Position numbers and translations under genes: made by a program
Shown here: positions 36,475 through 50,990 of the stretch, in pieces
Layout of the letters: each line of letters starts with the position of its first letter
Numbering within the stretch: the first letter of the stretch is position 1
From: Eledone cirrhosa
Lineage: Eukaryota
Assembly: GCA_964016885.1 (NCBI GenBank)
Contig: OZ024741.1
Span: forward strand, 115,196,001-115,260,000
Length of the DNA: 64,000 bases
Direction: 5' to 3'
The notes under the pieces: generated by a model
The model's database searches: none
Told to the model about the DNA's origin: nothing
The model's input: the letters and a program-made list of their open reading frames with translations, nothing else

Positions 36475-36830
36475 TTTCGTTTATGAATTTGTTTAGCAAT
36501 ATTCTTTATCTGAAAACGTGTGTTATACTTTGGGAGGGTTATGTTGCCTATAAGAAACACACGCACCAGAAGCTTTCACTTCAATTTATTATAATAAACT
36601 TATAAATTTTGGAATTTATAAATTTCCGGTTTGTTGGTTGGTTCCACAACCAGATGATTGTTTATATATTGTCAAAGTTCTTTCGTCACACATTCTGTGA
36701 CCTCTTCAGTGACTGGGATTCTTTTCTTGGTTTTTGTGCCTCTCCTTTGTTCTATCCTACGCCAGAAGATGGCGTAGGACAGAACAAAGGAGAGGTGTGT
36801 TTCTTATTGGCAACATGACCCTCCCAAAGT

Positions 36831-36835
<5 letters not shown>
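36475..36835 (-). repeat. pLTR-like repeat (family of 13109-14055) with intact hammerhead at 36671-36713 and a short inversion
   Basis: Minus strand GTCA-CTGAAGA-G-GTCACA-GAATG-TGTGAC-GAAAG-AA-CTT-TGAC. Confidence 0.85.
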
Positions 36836-36915
<80 letters not shown>

Positions 36916-36939
36916 AATACATATATATTTATATGTATA

Positions 36940-37847
36940 CTAGGAGAATGGCCCGGCGTTGCTCGGGCTTCTAAACATAGATTGGCATGCATGTTTATCC
37001 CTCCTTTCTGAAACAGTGCAGAGAAGTACGGAATACCTCGGCCTGGGGATGGTGTCTACATTTCGTGCTTAGCCAAATAATTTTCCTTTAAGAATTTTCA
37101 AAAGCATGTAATTGCGTTCCCTCTCTTTATTGTTGTTGTTTTTGCTGCTGTTGGTGTGATAGCCGCCATTGGTCATACTACTAACACAGCCAATCGGGTT
37201 TATCCCCTTCTGCCTCGTCTACCTAAACAATGATTGTAGCACCTCCTCGTACACAATGTTCCTTGTACTTCCGTGTCGGCCATATGCAAAGAAATTTGTC
37301 CTGCTTCCCACTCTTGACCAGCCAACATATAGTTGTTCGTGTGAAAAATATGACTCTTCCAAAAGAAGACCAGCAACAGCTAGGGTCTGACCCTGGGATT
37401 TGTTGATAGACATTGCAAAGCTGAAACGGTTCGGTGAATGGTTCGTTGGTTGTCTGTTTCAAGGGCTCTTCTGGTGGCAGTACGTTCAGCATCTTGCGAC
37501 GGTCGAATAGCAGATTCCACTGACGATTCGTTTGCCCGCCTTGTTCTTTTTCCTGCCGCCTTCGCAGTATTTTGGCCAATGGAGTATCTCTTCCTTTGAG
37601 GCATGACCTAAAAGTAGGACGAAGTACACTAAGACTAACTGGTGGAGTAAGGAGTAAACTCGTCAGTGATGCATGTGATTTCCGAACCGTTGACTATGTA
37701 ATTGCTGGCCTTGTGCCAAACGTAGAGGGACTTTTTGGGTGGCATATTGGCAGTAACAATGAGGATAAGCCGTCTGTGCTTTTGTGAAATAAATAAGTTG
37801 TTTATATTTTGTTTTTGTGTATGCAAAAATATCTGTACACGAATATA

Positions 37848-37850
<3 letters not shown>
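36940..37850 (-). mobile_element. Internally deleted Helitron
   Basis: 3' hairpin CCCGAGCAACGCCGGG plus CTAG|T; helicase end MSINKSQGQTL..FSHEQLYVGWSRV..NIVYEEVL. The 5' boundary is approximate. Confidence 0.8.
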
Positions 37851-37914
<64 letters not shown>

Positions 37915-39254
37915 CGAAGGAAATGTGGCAATGAACCAGGTGGACCATAACGCACCAAAGTACTCAATACTTAGGGTAGTAGAGTGGGTAATAGGAACCA
38001 GTAAGACCCCGACGGCTGAGCTCAAGCCGTCTCGACGGCTAATTCTGGACTAAATGAAAATTTATCCTGGTATATAAATAGCCGAGCTTCTCAAGGGGTA
38101 ATTCCAGATATGGTCAAAGTGATTGTCACAAGGATTGGTCACAAGTTAGTAGTAATTCTGTGATGGCAAATTAGTGGGGGAGAGGGTGGATAAACCTGCC
38201 AGTAGGAGAAAGAGGGGAGGGGGTGGAGTAGACCCAATCATGCGTTGGTAGTGCCGGCTACAGCTGGGCATGAGGTCAAAGAAGATACTAGGGAGGGGGA
38301 GGGGGAGGAAGTCGAAACGGTAAGTAGAACAATGAAGGGTAAAAATATATATATGAAAAAAATACTGAGAGTGATAAAAAGCGAATAAATGTAAAGAAAA
38401 AAATATAAGCAATTTCTACGACCTAAGTCTCTAGCTATTGCTAGGCTAGATAAATAAATAAATAAAGAAATAAAGAAATAAAGAAAGAAATAAAGAAATA
38501 AAGAAATAAAGAAATAAAAAGATAAGTAAATAAACTAGGTGGGACGGAATAGGAAAGGACCCTTTTAAGAGGTATAAGTACGTATATCATACGGTGACAG
38601 GTCAACAATGGGGGCCAAAATACTAAAGAAACTACCACGAAATAATTAATAAAGGTTTCTACCCCCGGCACAAGGCCAGCAACCACCCAGTGCAGAAAAG
38701 TAAACTAGTACGAGATAATAATTCTGAGTCCGGAAAAAAATATACTAATGCTAACTCTAATGGTACCGCCACGCTACAAAAGTTCTTATACAAGCTACAT
38801 GAAAGTTCGTACGAGGTAAAAGTAGAATACGGAAAAATAAATTCAGAATCCACCCCGCCCAAAAGAAAAGAGAAGAAAGAAATACTGAAACGAGAAATTA
38901 AGGCAGAGGTGCCACTAAGAAATATAGAAGGCACGGAAAAAAGGGGAGCGGTCGGATAAGGGGGCGAGTATCCGAGGTCTAACACAACTGCTATAAAAAG
39001 CGGAGTCCGCCAAATCTATTATATACTAGGGGAGGGGGTGGGTGTACTGAGGCTACAAGGGGCCAAAGGGCTTCCTCGGGTGGGCGAGAAAAATACGCCG
39101 ACAAAGAAAAAGAACTGGGGTAAAAGGACTAGGGAGGGATGGGGGAAGAAGGAAATATAGAGGAAGTGATAAAAGAATAAAAAGATCTTACGTCTCCCTT
39201 GGCAAGCAGGGGTTACCTATTACAAAATCGCAAGTGGGGTGTTATAGCCCTAGT

Positions 39255-39960
39255 CTACCCCCCCCCCCCCGGGTCATTATGGGGTTTGAGGGCGAGGTAA
39301 GTCCTACGCAATCTATGTTTACATGCAGTAACCAGTTCATCTTTCTTGTTTAGGAGTTGGTCCGTCGAAAACAACATTTGTAAAGTTTCCTCCGAGCATA
39401 AATTGCACGGACGGCGTCCTCCCGTGTAAGAGTTGGCTCTGGACAGTAATCTCCAAGTGAGATCATAGGTGATGTTGTTGTCCTTGAGGTCCCATATGTG
39501 GCCCGAAATGTAGTGGCGTGACGCCGGGCCGGGTTTCGGAAGGTATGTCTATGTTGGTATAGCCGGGTCTTGAAGTCATATGCGGTTAGTCCTATATAAG
39601 ATTTGTTGGAGGTGTCCGTCCTCACGTTGCACTGGTAGATCACATTACTGTCTCTGCATCTGTTGTCGAGGGGGCAAATGGATCTATCAGGACAGTTGCA
39701 CCTCCTGGTCGGCTCTCCTCTGCTATTTAGGTTATTTCTTCCATCGGGGTTGAGTTTTTTGTTGTTAGAGGAGACGATGTTTTGTGCGAAGTTTGGTGTA
39801 GTGCTGTAAGAGAGTTTGATGGTATTTTTGTTAATTATGTTGTGGTAGCGGTGTTGTAGTGGGAAGTGTTTTTCAATGAGCCTAAAGAATAATTTCCCGA
39901 TGGGAGTTGTCACCTCTGCGTTGTGGGGAGGATTGAACCATGTTACATTGCGTGAGCGGC
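39255..39960 (-). pseudogene. Naiad-type GIY-YIG domain fragment (frameshifted)
   Basis: WFNPP..KHFP..NTIKLSYSTTPN..CNCPDRSICPLDNRC..VIY..SYIGLT..FKTR, then in another frame HIWDLKD..PCNLC..LNKKDE. Confidence 0.88.
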
Positions 39961-40788
39961 GGTGTCGCCTGCTGGTTCCGCTAATGGGAGCTGGACAGTA
40001 GGATATTTCCTCCCGGAAACCACTCCGCTTGAGGGCCTACAAATGCTCTTTTCGACGGACCAACTCCTGAACAAGAAAGATGAACTGGTTACTGCATGTA
40101 AACATAGATTGCGTAGGACTTACTTCGCCCTCAAACCCCATAATGACCCGGGGGGGGGGGGGTAGACTAGGGTTATAACACCCCACTTGGCGATTTTGTA
40201 ATAGGTAACCCCTGCTTGCTGGCCTTGTGCCCGGGGTAGAAACCTTTATTAATTATTTCGTGGTAGTTTCTTTAGTATTTTCGCCCCCATTATGATATAC
40301 GTACTTATACCTCTTAAAAGGGTCCTTTCCTATCCGTCCCACCTAGTTTATTTACTTATTTTTTTATTTCTTTATTTCTTTATTTCTTTATTTCTTTCTT
40401 TATTTCTTTATTTCTTTCTTTCTTTATTTATTTATTTATCTAGCCTAGCAATAGCTAGCGACTTAGCTCGTAGAAATTGCTTATATTTTTTTCTTTACAT
40501 TTATTCGCTTTTTATCACTCTCAGTATTTTTTCATATATATATTTTTACCCTTCATTGTTCTACTTACCGTTTCGACTTCCTCCCCCTCCCCCTCCCTAG
40601 TATCTTCTTTGACCTCATGCCCAGCTGTAGCCGGCACTACCAACGCATGATTGGGTCTACTCCACCCCCTCCCCTCTTTCTCCTACTGGCTGGTTTATCC
40701 ACCCTCTCCTCCACTAATTTGCCATCACAGAATTACTACTAACTTGTGACCAATCCTTGTGACAATCACTTTGACCATATCTGGAATT

Positions 40789-40882
40789 ACCCCTTGAGAA
40801 GCTCGGCTATTTATATACCAGGATAAATTTTCATTTAGTCCAAAATTAGCCGTCGAAACGGCTTGAGCTCAGCCGTCGGGGT
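40789..40882 (+). ncRNA. Type I hammerhead with U3:A8 core
   Basis: ACCCC-TTGAGAA-..CGGCTA/TAGCCG..-GAA-ACGGCT-TGAGCTC-AGCCGT-C-GGGGT. Confidence 0.72.
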
Positions 40883-40892
40883 CTTACTGGTT

Positions 40893-40930
<38 letters not shown>

Positions 40931-40933
<3 letters not shown>

Positions 40934-41672
40934 TTGCGAGGTTTTTGATATGAAATTGTGTGTCGAAACAAATATTGTTATACTTGGGGAGGGTCATATT
41001 TGTGTAATATTGCCAGAATTAATAACAGAACACACTCACTGTTTGGTTGGTTTTCCCTTTTCGCTTCTGTGTCTTTTATATCGGTTAATTTAATTTATTC
41101 GGTACTCAATGTTACCATTGACTGACCAACGGTCAAAAATACAGATACAATATAGACACAAACACATATATACAGTCTATCAAAGTTCTTTCGTTGCACA
41201 TCTGCAACATCATCAGTGGTGCTACTGTTTCCTCCCGTTGCATTGTATGTCTAGGCTATCTTTATTTAGTCTGTTTATATATTTATTTATTTGTTTTTGT
41301 GTTTTTTGTCTTCTTTGCGCATGCGTTTGCGTTTGTGTATAGTGTTTTGTTTGATGTGTGTTCGTGTTTGGGTGACTGTGTATTGGTTAATGTATTCTAT
41401 CTTTACTAGTGTGTGTTTATATGTGTTTGTGTTATTGTGTTTGTGTATGTATGCATTTATTTATTTATTTATACTTCTCTTAGGTCGGTGTTGTTTGTTT
41501 GGGTGTTGCTGTTATTCCATTCATTTTTCTGTTTAGCCTTGGCCTTCTAAATTGTATTTCACTGGCCTCTCTGATTTGCCTATCTGCTGGGTCATTTCTA
41601 GGTTTAGATATTATTCTAATTTCTATGTTGTCTATGTTACCGTCGTCTTGTTGTCTGGCATGTTTGTGTAGT

Positions 41673-41680
<8 letters not shown>
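40931..41680 (-). mobile_element. PLE 3' fragment (ORF tail plus pLTR) with hammerhead at 41179-41219
   Basis: RQIREASEIQFRRPRLNRK tail; CTGATGA-T-GTTGCA-GATG-TGCAAC-GAAAG-AA-CTT. Confidence 0.75.
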
Positions 41681-41754
<74 letters not shown>

Positions 41755-41857
41755 ATACAATGAAACGAAATCTCATTTCTCACTCTTAGTACAGCACTTA
41801 CTTAAATGTAAGTATGTATGTATACGTACATACATATATGTATACGGACGTACAGTA

Positions 41858-41924
<67 letters not shown>

Positions 41925-42355
41925 CAGGTACACATATACACATATATATGTACGTATCAGTTTAGCGAACCTTTATTATAACGCTCGCTTGTCCGTTTGT
42001 AAACAAACGAACAGCCTGCTTTATGCCGTACGGTGTTAAGGCAACCACGTCACCTTTTTGTTCAACACTGACACAGGAACGATGTACTCGTTTCAAGCTT
42101 GTTAGCTATCGTCAGCACCGTATACCCTTCTGCCAGATGGTTGAACGTTCGAAAGTATATACTTTCCTTATGAAAATTAACGGCTGAGCAGCCTAATTTG
42201 AATATCGAGTGAGTTCAGTCGGCCAGGAGCACCGAAAACGATAAATTGGAATAGAATGAAACGAAATTTCATTTCTCACTCTTAGTACGGCACTTACTTA
42301 AATGTAAGTATGTATGTATACGTACATACATATATGTACACAGACGTACAGTAGC

Positions 42356-42450
<95 letters not shown>

Positions 42451-42600
42451 CAGGTACACACATATATATGTACGTATCAGTTTAGCGAACATTTATTATA
42501 ACGTTCGCTTTGTGCGTTTGTAAACAAACGGATAGCCTGATTTATGCCGTACGGTGTTAAGGCAACCACGTCACCTTTTTGTTCAACACTGACACAGGAA

Positions 42601-42641
42601 CGATGTACTAGTTTCAAGCTTGTTAGCTATCGTCAGCACCG
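42601..42641 (-). ncRNA. Minimal type I hammerhead (copies at 42080, 43518, 44435)
   Basis: CGGTG-CTGACGA-T-AGCT-AACA-AGCT-T-GAAAC-TA-GTA-CATCG. Confidence 0.85.
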
Positions 42642-42892
42642 TATACCCTTCTGCCAGATGGTTGAACGTTCGAAAGTATATAATTTCCTTATGAAAATTA
42701 ACGGCTGAGCAGCCTAATTTGCATATCGAGTGAGTTCAGTCGACCAGGCGCTCCGAAAACGATAAATTGGAATAGAATGAAACGAAATTTCATTTCTCAC
42801 TTTTAGTACGGCACTTACTTAAATGTAAGTATGTATGTATACGTACATACATATATGTATACAGACGTACAGTAGCATGTATATATATATAT

Positions 42893-43285
42893 ATTAATAA
42901 GAGGAATTCCAACTTTGTCTGATTTACTCGTTTTATTTACAATCCTTTAAAATATATATAATATAATATGGTATTATAATGAAATAGTATGATAGAATAT
43001 TAAATTCTAAGTGTTAATTGAACACGTACTTTCATGCTTTCGCAATCTTCAGGTTCATGATATGTGGTGACAGTCGAGTTTGCAATTTTCATTGCAAACT
43101 CGACTGTCACCACATATCATGAACCTGAAGATTTTGAAAGCATGAAAGTACTTGTTCAATTAACACTTAGAATTTAATATTCTATCATACTATTTCATTA
43201 TAATACCATATTATATTATATATATTTTAAAGGATTGTAAATAAAACGAGTAAAACAGACAAAGTTGGAATTCCTCTTATTAATA
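42893..43285. repeat. Near-perfect palindrome (about 190-bp arms) with a hammerhead in each arm; duplicated at 43810-44202
   Basis: Centre GTTTGCAAT-TTTC-ATTGCAAAC; GAAC-CTGAAGA-..GAAAG-TA-CTT-GTTC at 43121-43157. Confidence 0.92.
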
Positions 43286-44691
43286 TAATCTTCTATACAC
43301 AATCATACACACCCGTGTATATTTACCTATCTATATCTATATATATATATATATATATATATACATACAGGTATACATATATATATGTACGTATCAGTTT
43401 AGCGAACGTTTATTATAACGCTCGCTTTGTCCGTTTGTAAACAAACGGACAGCCTGATTTATGCCGTACGGTGTTAAGGCAACCACGTCACCTTTTTGTT
43501 CAACTCTGACACAGGAACGATGTACTAGTTTCAAGCTTGTTAGCTATCGTCAGCACCGTATACCCTTCTGCCAGATGGTTGAACGTTCGAAAGTATATAC
43601 TTTCCTTATGAAAATTAACGGCTGAGCAGCCTAATTTGCATATCGAGTGAGTTCAGTCGACCAGGCGCTCCGAAAACGATAAATTGGAATAGAATGAAAC
43701 GAAATTTCATTTCTCACTTTTAGTACGGCACTTACTTAAATGTAAGTATGTATGTATACGTACATACATATATGTATACAGACGTACAGTAGCATGTATA
43801 TATATATATATTAATAAGAGGAATTCCAACTTTGTCTGATTTACTCGTTTTATTTACAATCCTTTAAAATATATATAATATAATATGGTATTATAATGAA
43901 ATAGTATGATAGAATATTAAATTCTAAGTGTTAATTGAACACGTACTTTCATGCTTTCGCAATCTTCAGGTTCATGATATGTGGTGACAGTCGAGTTTGC
44001 AATTTTCATTGCAAACTCGACTGTCACCACATATCATGAACCTGAAGATTTTGAAAGCATGAAAGTACTTGTTCAATTAACACTTAGAATTTAATATTCT
44101 ATCATACTATTTCATTATAATACCATATTATATTATATATATTTTAAAGGATTGTAAATAAAACGAGTAAAACAGACAAAGTTGGAATTCCTCTTATTAA
44201 TATAATCTTCTATACACAATCATACACACCCGTGTATATTTACCTATCTATATCTATATATATATATATATATATATATACATACAGGTATACATATATA
44301 TATGTACGTATCAGTTTAGCGAACGTTTATTATAACGCTCGCTTTGTCCGTTTGTAAACAAACGGACAGCCTGATTTATGCCGTACGGTGTTAAGGCAAC
44401 CACGTCACCTTTTTGTTCAACTCTGACACAGGAACGATGTACTAGTTTCAAGCTTGTTAGCTATCGTCAGCACCGTATACCCTTCTGCCAGATGGTTGAA
44501 CGTTCGAAAGTATATACTTTCCTTATGAAAATTAACGGCTGAGCAGCCTAATTTGAATATCGAGTGAGTTCAGTCGGCCAGGCGCACCGAAAACGATAAA
44601 TTGGAATAGAATGAAACGAAATTTCATTTCTCACTCTTAGTACGGCACTTACTTAAATGTACTCACTCGATATGAAAATTAGGCTGCTCAG

Positions 44692-45912
<1,221 letters not shown>

Positions 45913-45959
45913 GTGTGTGTCTGTATGTATATCTATATATACTCTTACTCTTTTACTCT

Positions 45960-46940
45960 ATTACCTGTTCCAGCCATCCGGCTGAGGCCATGCTGAGCAC
46001 CGCCCTTGTTGCTATACATTTTGTCTCCAGCCTGTATTGGTTGGCCACTGGTGCAAGAGAGAATTCGGTGCTGCTGCCCTTAGGTTTCCCTTGTGCCTTG
46101 CTGTGGTTGCTTAGGATAAATGTCTTCCATAGTGTCGACACGGTCTCTCGGTTTCTCGTCCGAAAAGTCCTCAAGATCCAACCAGCGAGTCGTCTGCACA
46201 TTCTCACCACTTTCATGGTGTGTGAGGAAAAAGATGCATCATCGCTCATATCTAATCCCAGGTCTCGTATCGATTTCGACACGGGAATTTCGGTCCCTCC
46301 TAGTCCAATGTAACTGTATTGTACCGTATTTGTGTTTGCAGGTCTGTATTGTAGGGCTTGACATTGTCCAGCATTAAACTGCATGTTGTTGTCTTCAGCC
46401 CATTTGTATATGGCATCCAGATCTTGTTGTAAAAGGGGAACATCAGCCGGGTTTTTGATTGCTTGTGCTACCTTAGTGTCATCAGCATAGCTAGTGAGGG
46501 ATGTTGTATGTACTACAAAGGGCATGTCCGAGACAGCCACTGAAAACATTAGTGGTCCCAGGACTGTGCCTGGGGGCACCCCATTTGTTATTGACGTTTC
46601 CTTTGAGAGAGCCCCGTTTGCTGCAACTGTCTGGCTTCTGTCCTTTAAGAAGTGATGCAGCCACTCACCTACTTTTCCAGTTATGCCGAGTCTGTGTAGT
46701 TTGTGACATATCATTCCGTGGTCGACCTTGTCAAAGGCCTTTGCAAAGTCAATTTATATCACGTCCACATATGCGCTGTCTGGCAGTTGTTTCAGTACCC
46801 AGTCGCAGTGATATAGCAGCTGTGTAAGGCAGCTTCTTCCTGGGCGAAAGCCATGCCGCGTGCTAATCAGGCGGTCATTTTCCTCGAGGGAAGTGATCAG
46901 TTTATTTCTGATGATTCGTTCCAGGTCCTTACTGATATGT
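45960..46940 (-). pseudogene. CR1/L2-group LINE reverse transcriptase fragment (small plus-strand piece at 47130-47278)
   Basis: [41 protein letters not shown]. Confidence 0.88.
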
Positions 46941-46959
46941 GACGTATATATTTATATAT

Positions 46960-46999
<40 letters not shown>

Positions 47000-47277
47000 C
47001 CTGTATTACCGTAGTGTAATCAGCATAGCTATATATACACACATATATATATATACATATATATACATATATATTTATATATACATACATTTATATATAC
47101 ATACATTTATATACATACATATATATACATACAAAGGAAACATCAACAATAAGTGGAGTGCCCCAAGGCACAGTCCTGGGACCACTACTGTTTTTGGTGG
47201 CTCTCTCAGACATGCCCTCTGTAGTACATACAACATCCCTCACTAGCTATGCTGATGACATTAAGGTAGCACAGGCA

Positions 47278-47309
<32 letters not shown>

Positions 47310-47679
47310 GTATACATATATACATATATATATATATACACATACATACATATATATATATATATACACATATATACATACACAAACACACACACACACA
47401 CATATATATATATATGTATATATATATATATCACTGTGTTTAATCAGCTCCTGATAATTACTGGAATTCTATAAGAATCCAGCTTCTATAATTTTCGCCG
47501 AAGGCAGGGGCGTAGGTGGTTTCCATAAACGCCAATAAGCGAGAAACAGACTGTCAATCACTATCCCTTAGTTTTCGCCGAAAATAAAGTAAGTGACATA
47601 GTCGCTACTTTAAAACTCATAGCAAATGGTCATCTAAATGTTTTTAATTAAACATGCAGTATATTGCCGAATATACTAT

Positions 47680-47758
<79 letters not shown>

Positions 47759-47787
47759 TATATATATACACATATATATATATATAC

Positions 47788-47836
<49 letters not shown>

Positions 47837-47859
47837 TAAATAAGCATATATATGTATAC

Positions 47860-47961
<102 letters not shown>

Positions 47962-48110
47962 GCAGAGGTTATATTTAATTTGTTGGGATTCAACAAGCTT
48001 AAATTTTTTTTATAATCGATATAAAACACTCAACAGTTTAGTGGTGTAAATATACAATATTAGTGGTGGAAATATACAAATCGAAACTATATTTATAAAA
48101 CCGTATTTAT

Positions 48111-48170
48111 TTTATTATACATATTTCAAGGGCCACCAATGCAAATTATGGTGCGCTTTCATCAGATAAA
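48111..48170 (-). ncRNA. Type I hammerhead (family of 17396)
   Basis: TTTAT-CTGATGA-AAGCGCACCA..TGGTGGCCCTT-GAAAT-ATGT-ATA-ATAAA. Confidence 0.7.
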
Positions 48171-48676
48171 ATATAATACAGAATTAGTTTTATAAATAAA
48201 TATTGACATACCCCGAAAAAAGACAACCTTAACGGTTGGAGCTTCCTGGATAGTGGAGATACTAGATTTATTGAGGGTGATATAAAGCTATGATTGAATA
48301 TGCAAATGAGTGTCTGAAAAGTTTAAATAACGGTATATTTAAATTAAACTGTTGGAAGAAGGTGATATTGTGAGAGTGGGAGACAAAAAGAAAGAAAGAG
48401 AAAAAGAAGAACTGGTTATATATATTTTGCCAGTGGAATAGTGTGAGAAGAGTGTAGGGTGATTATATTTAACTGAGAGAAAATATTAGTTATAAAGGAC
48501 AAATATAGCGTAAGTGTGTTTACGTGAGAGGAAAGAAGAAGAATCGAAGAAACGAATATAGCGAGGATGAATAATAAAGCAGGATTCGTTATGTTTTGAC
48601 TATGCTATTTATAATGATAGGTTGAAAAAATTTGATTAAATATATATATATACATATATTTATACATATACCTATG

Positions 48677-48762
<86 letters not shown>

Positions 48763-49399
48763 AGCCAGATAATTATAGAAAGAGATTCGATAGATAGAGA
48801 ACTATAACGTCGCAGTCATCATACCATGTGTGTGGTGTATGTGCATGTGTGTACATCTGTTGGCCCTTTATCAATCTGTCTGTGTGTCTGTCTGTCGTAC
48901 ACGCAAGAGCCATGTTGTGGTTACCTGTTTTACTAGATATGACAGCAAAAGAAGCCTTAGCTTCTACAACACACACATTCATTGATTTGTACCTCTATGT
49001 ATAACTCTTTCTATATCTATCTTCCTACTCACATATCTATCTATCCATTTATCTATCTACCTATGTCAAGGGATGTTTTTAATTATAGTTCATTTAATAA
49101 TTTTACAATTGTTTGTAATTCTTTCCCCCATTCTTCTGCCAACAACAATAATCGATTTCAATTTCTTGAATTTATTTTCATTTTCCGAACAGTGAGTCAA
49201 CTACGGAATGCATTCTCCAAGGAAGATGAACTGGATTTGTATAGTAAGTTTATATTTATGAATTTAATTTTCATTGTTAAAATGTCTGTATTGAGTTAAT
49301 ATGTGTGTATGAGTGTGTTTTCTCGTATATTATTATATGAAATATGGTAGTGAAAGCCTGGTTTACTAGGTTGAAGGTTATTGTTAAATATGTATTTTG

Positions 49400-49469
<70 letters not shown>

Positions 49470-49576
49470 TGTGGAGATTCAGAATCTCCACATGATGCCT
49501 TTGACACTAATAACAACTATGTACCCTAAATGTTCTAAATGACTAGGATTCTAGTTACACGTTTTCGACATTCCAT

Positions 49577-49625
49577 ATGCTCCGATGATTCCAGACTTGC
49601 CTCTGGAAGAAACAATTGTCAGCTA
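49577..49625 (+). ncRNA. Minimal hammerhead, CCGATGA core, within repeat 49467-49785
   Basis: GCT-CCGATGA-TTCCAGA-CTTGCC-TCTGGAA-GAAAC-AATT-GTC-AGC. Confidence 0.7.
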
Positions 49626-49784
49626 ATATATGTTCTAAACTAAAATTTGATCGTTTTAACACTTTGTATCTCGGCTCTGTAAAACACTGGAAAATTTGCA
49701 TTGAGCCTTTTGTCATACCGGTAACCGGCTAGTACTTAGAACTACATATTTATAGTTATATCAAACATATATAAATATAAATAT

Positions 49785-49923
<139 letters not shown>

Positions 49924-50084
49924 TAAAACAGAAAACAAAAAAAAACAAAAAACAAACAAAAAACAAAGACGAAGCGAAGAGGTAGTACAAAGTGTTGATA
50001 TTAGATTGACGCTTGAGGCTTGAGAGTGTGTGTGTACGTGTGTATGTGAATGTGTGTATGTGTGTGTGTGCATATTAAGCCTAG

Positions 50085-50370
50085 TTAAACGTAAACTTTA
50101 TATCACCTTGAAAGATCATAAACGGGACTTTAAAACAAAATCTAGTTGTATATTAATTAACTCTGCTAAAACTGATATAGGATTAGCCATTATGAGGATA
50201 TGAAGGGAGATAAATATACGTAACAAGAATAACACTGTCCTATTACAGTGGAAGAATATTTCTTCAGTGATAAGTTGGTTCAATAACATTCAAGAGAAAA
50301 AAGACCAAGTTTACCTAATCCGATACAACAGATTTTTATCCCTTCACTAATTAATTTATTAAAGCTTTAG
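50085..50370 (+). pseudogene. Old Naiad-type RT fragment
   Basis: Hand translation YITLKDHKRDFKTKSSCILINSAKTDIG and LQWKNISSVISWFNNI parallels the 709-aa ORF. Confidence 0.7.
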
Positions 50371-50829
50371 AGTTCACCTGCTGGTTTTGTCCAAAAGAGG
50401 ATTGGCTTTACGATAAATTTATGATATGTGAACTTGTCTACTATAGCATGAATATGTTTTGTTACACTCATTTATGATTCATTGAGAAAAGATCCCAGCA
50501 GTTACCATGTTGTCTTTTCCGAACACCCAGTACATTCGATAAATCTTTATCCAATGTGTCTATCTATTAGATATTATTTCTAAAATTTAAAGCATCTAAG
50601 TACAGATTCTCTCCTCATTGGCTCGATATGCTAATGCAGTAGTGAGCTATAGCCACACATCCTAGGAAAACAAAGATAGAAATCAATTTTCTCTTGCTTT
50701 ATAAATATATATTCGATCTATGGAATTGTATTAATTGACAAGTCTACGTGATAGAGAATATTTATAATGATGTATCTTGATATCTTATATAAGTTAATAT
50801 TGATAAATTTCGTGGGGACAACGGGTGAA

Positions 50830-50990
50830 GGAACGTGATTTATGGGTTAGGATATTGGCTTACAATGCCAAGGTCGTCAGCTGGATTATTGGTCGGGATG
50901 GCGCATTGTGTACTTCAGCAAGATGATTTATTTCATGTTACTCCAGTTCAATCTAGTCCACTCCAGATGTCATTGATGCAAAGTTGTATC
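50830..50990 (+). mobile_element. Degenerate tRNA-derived SINE (second family)
   Basis: Eroded tRNA-like head followed by CATTGTGTACTTCAGCAAGA..TTTATTTCATGTTACTCCAGT. Confidence 0.45.

Larger units (their letters stand above)
37912..40895. mobile_element. Naiad-like PLE family A: minus-strand truncated copy (37912-39960) plus inverted, internally deleted plus-strand copy (about 40030-40895)
   Basis: Mirror sequences; HHRs at 38006-38099 (-, GAGAC mutant) and 40789-40882 (+). Confidence 0.9.
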
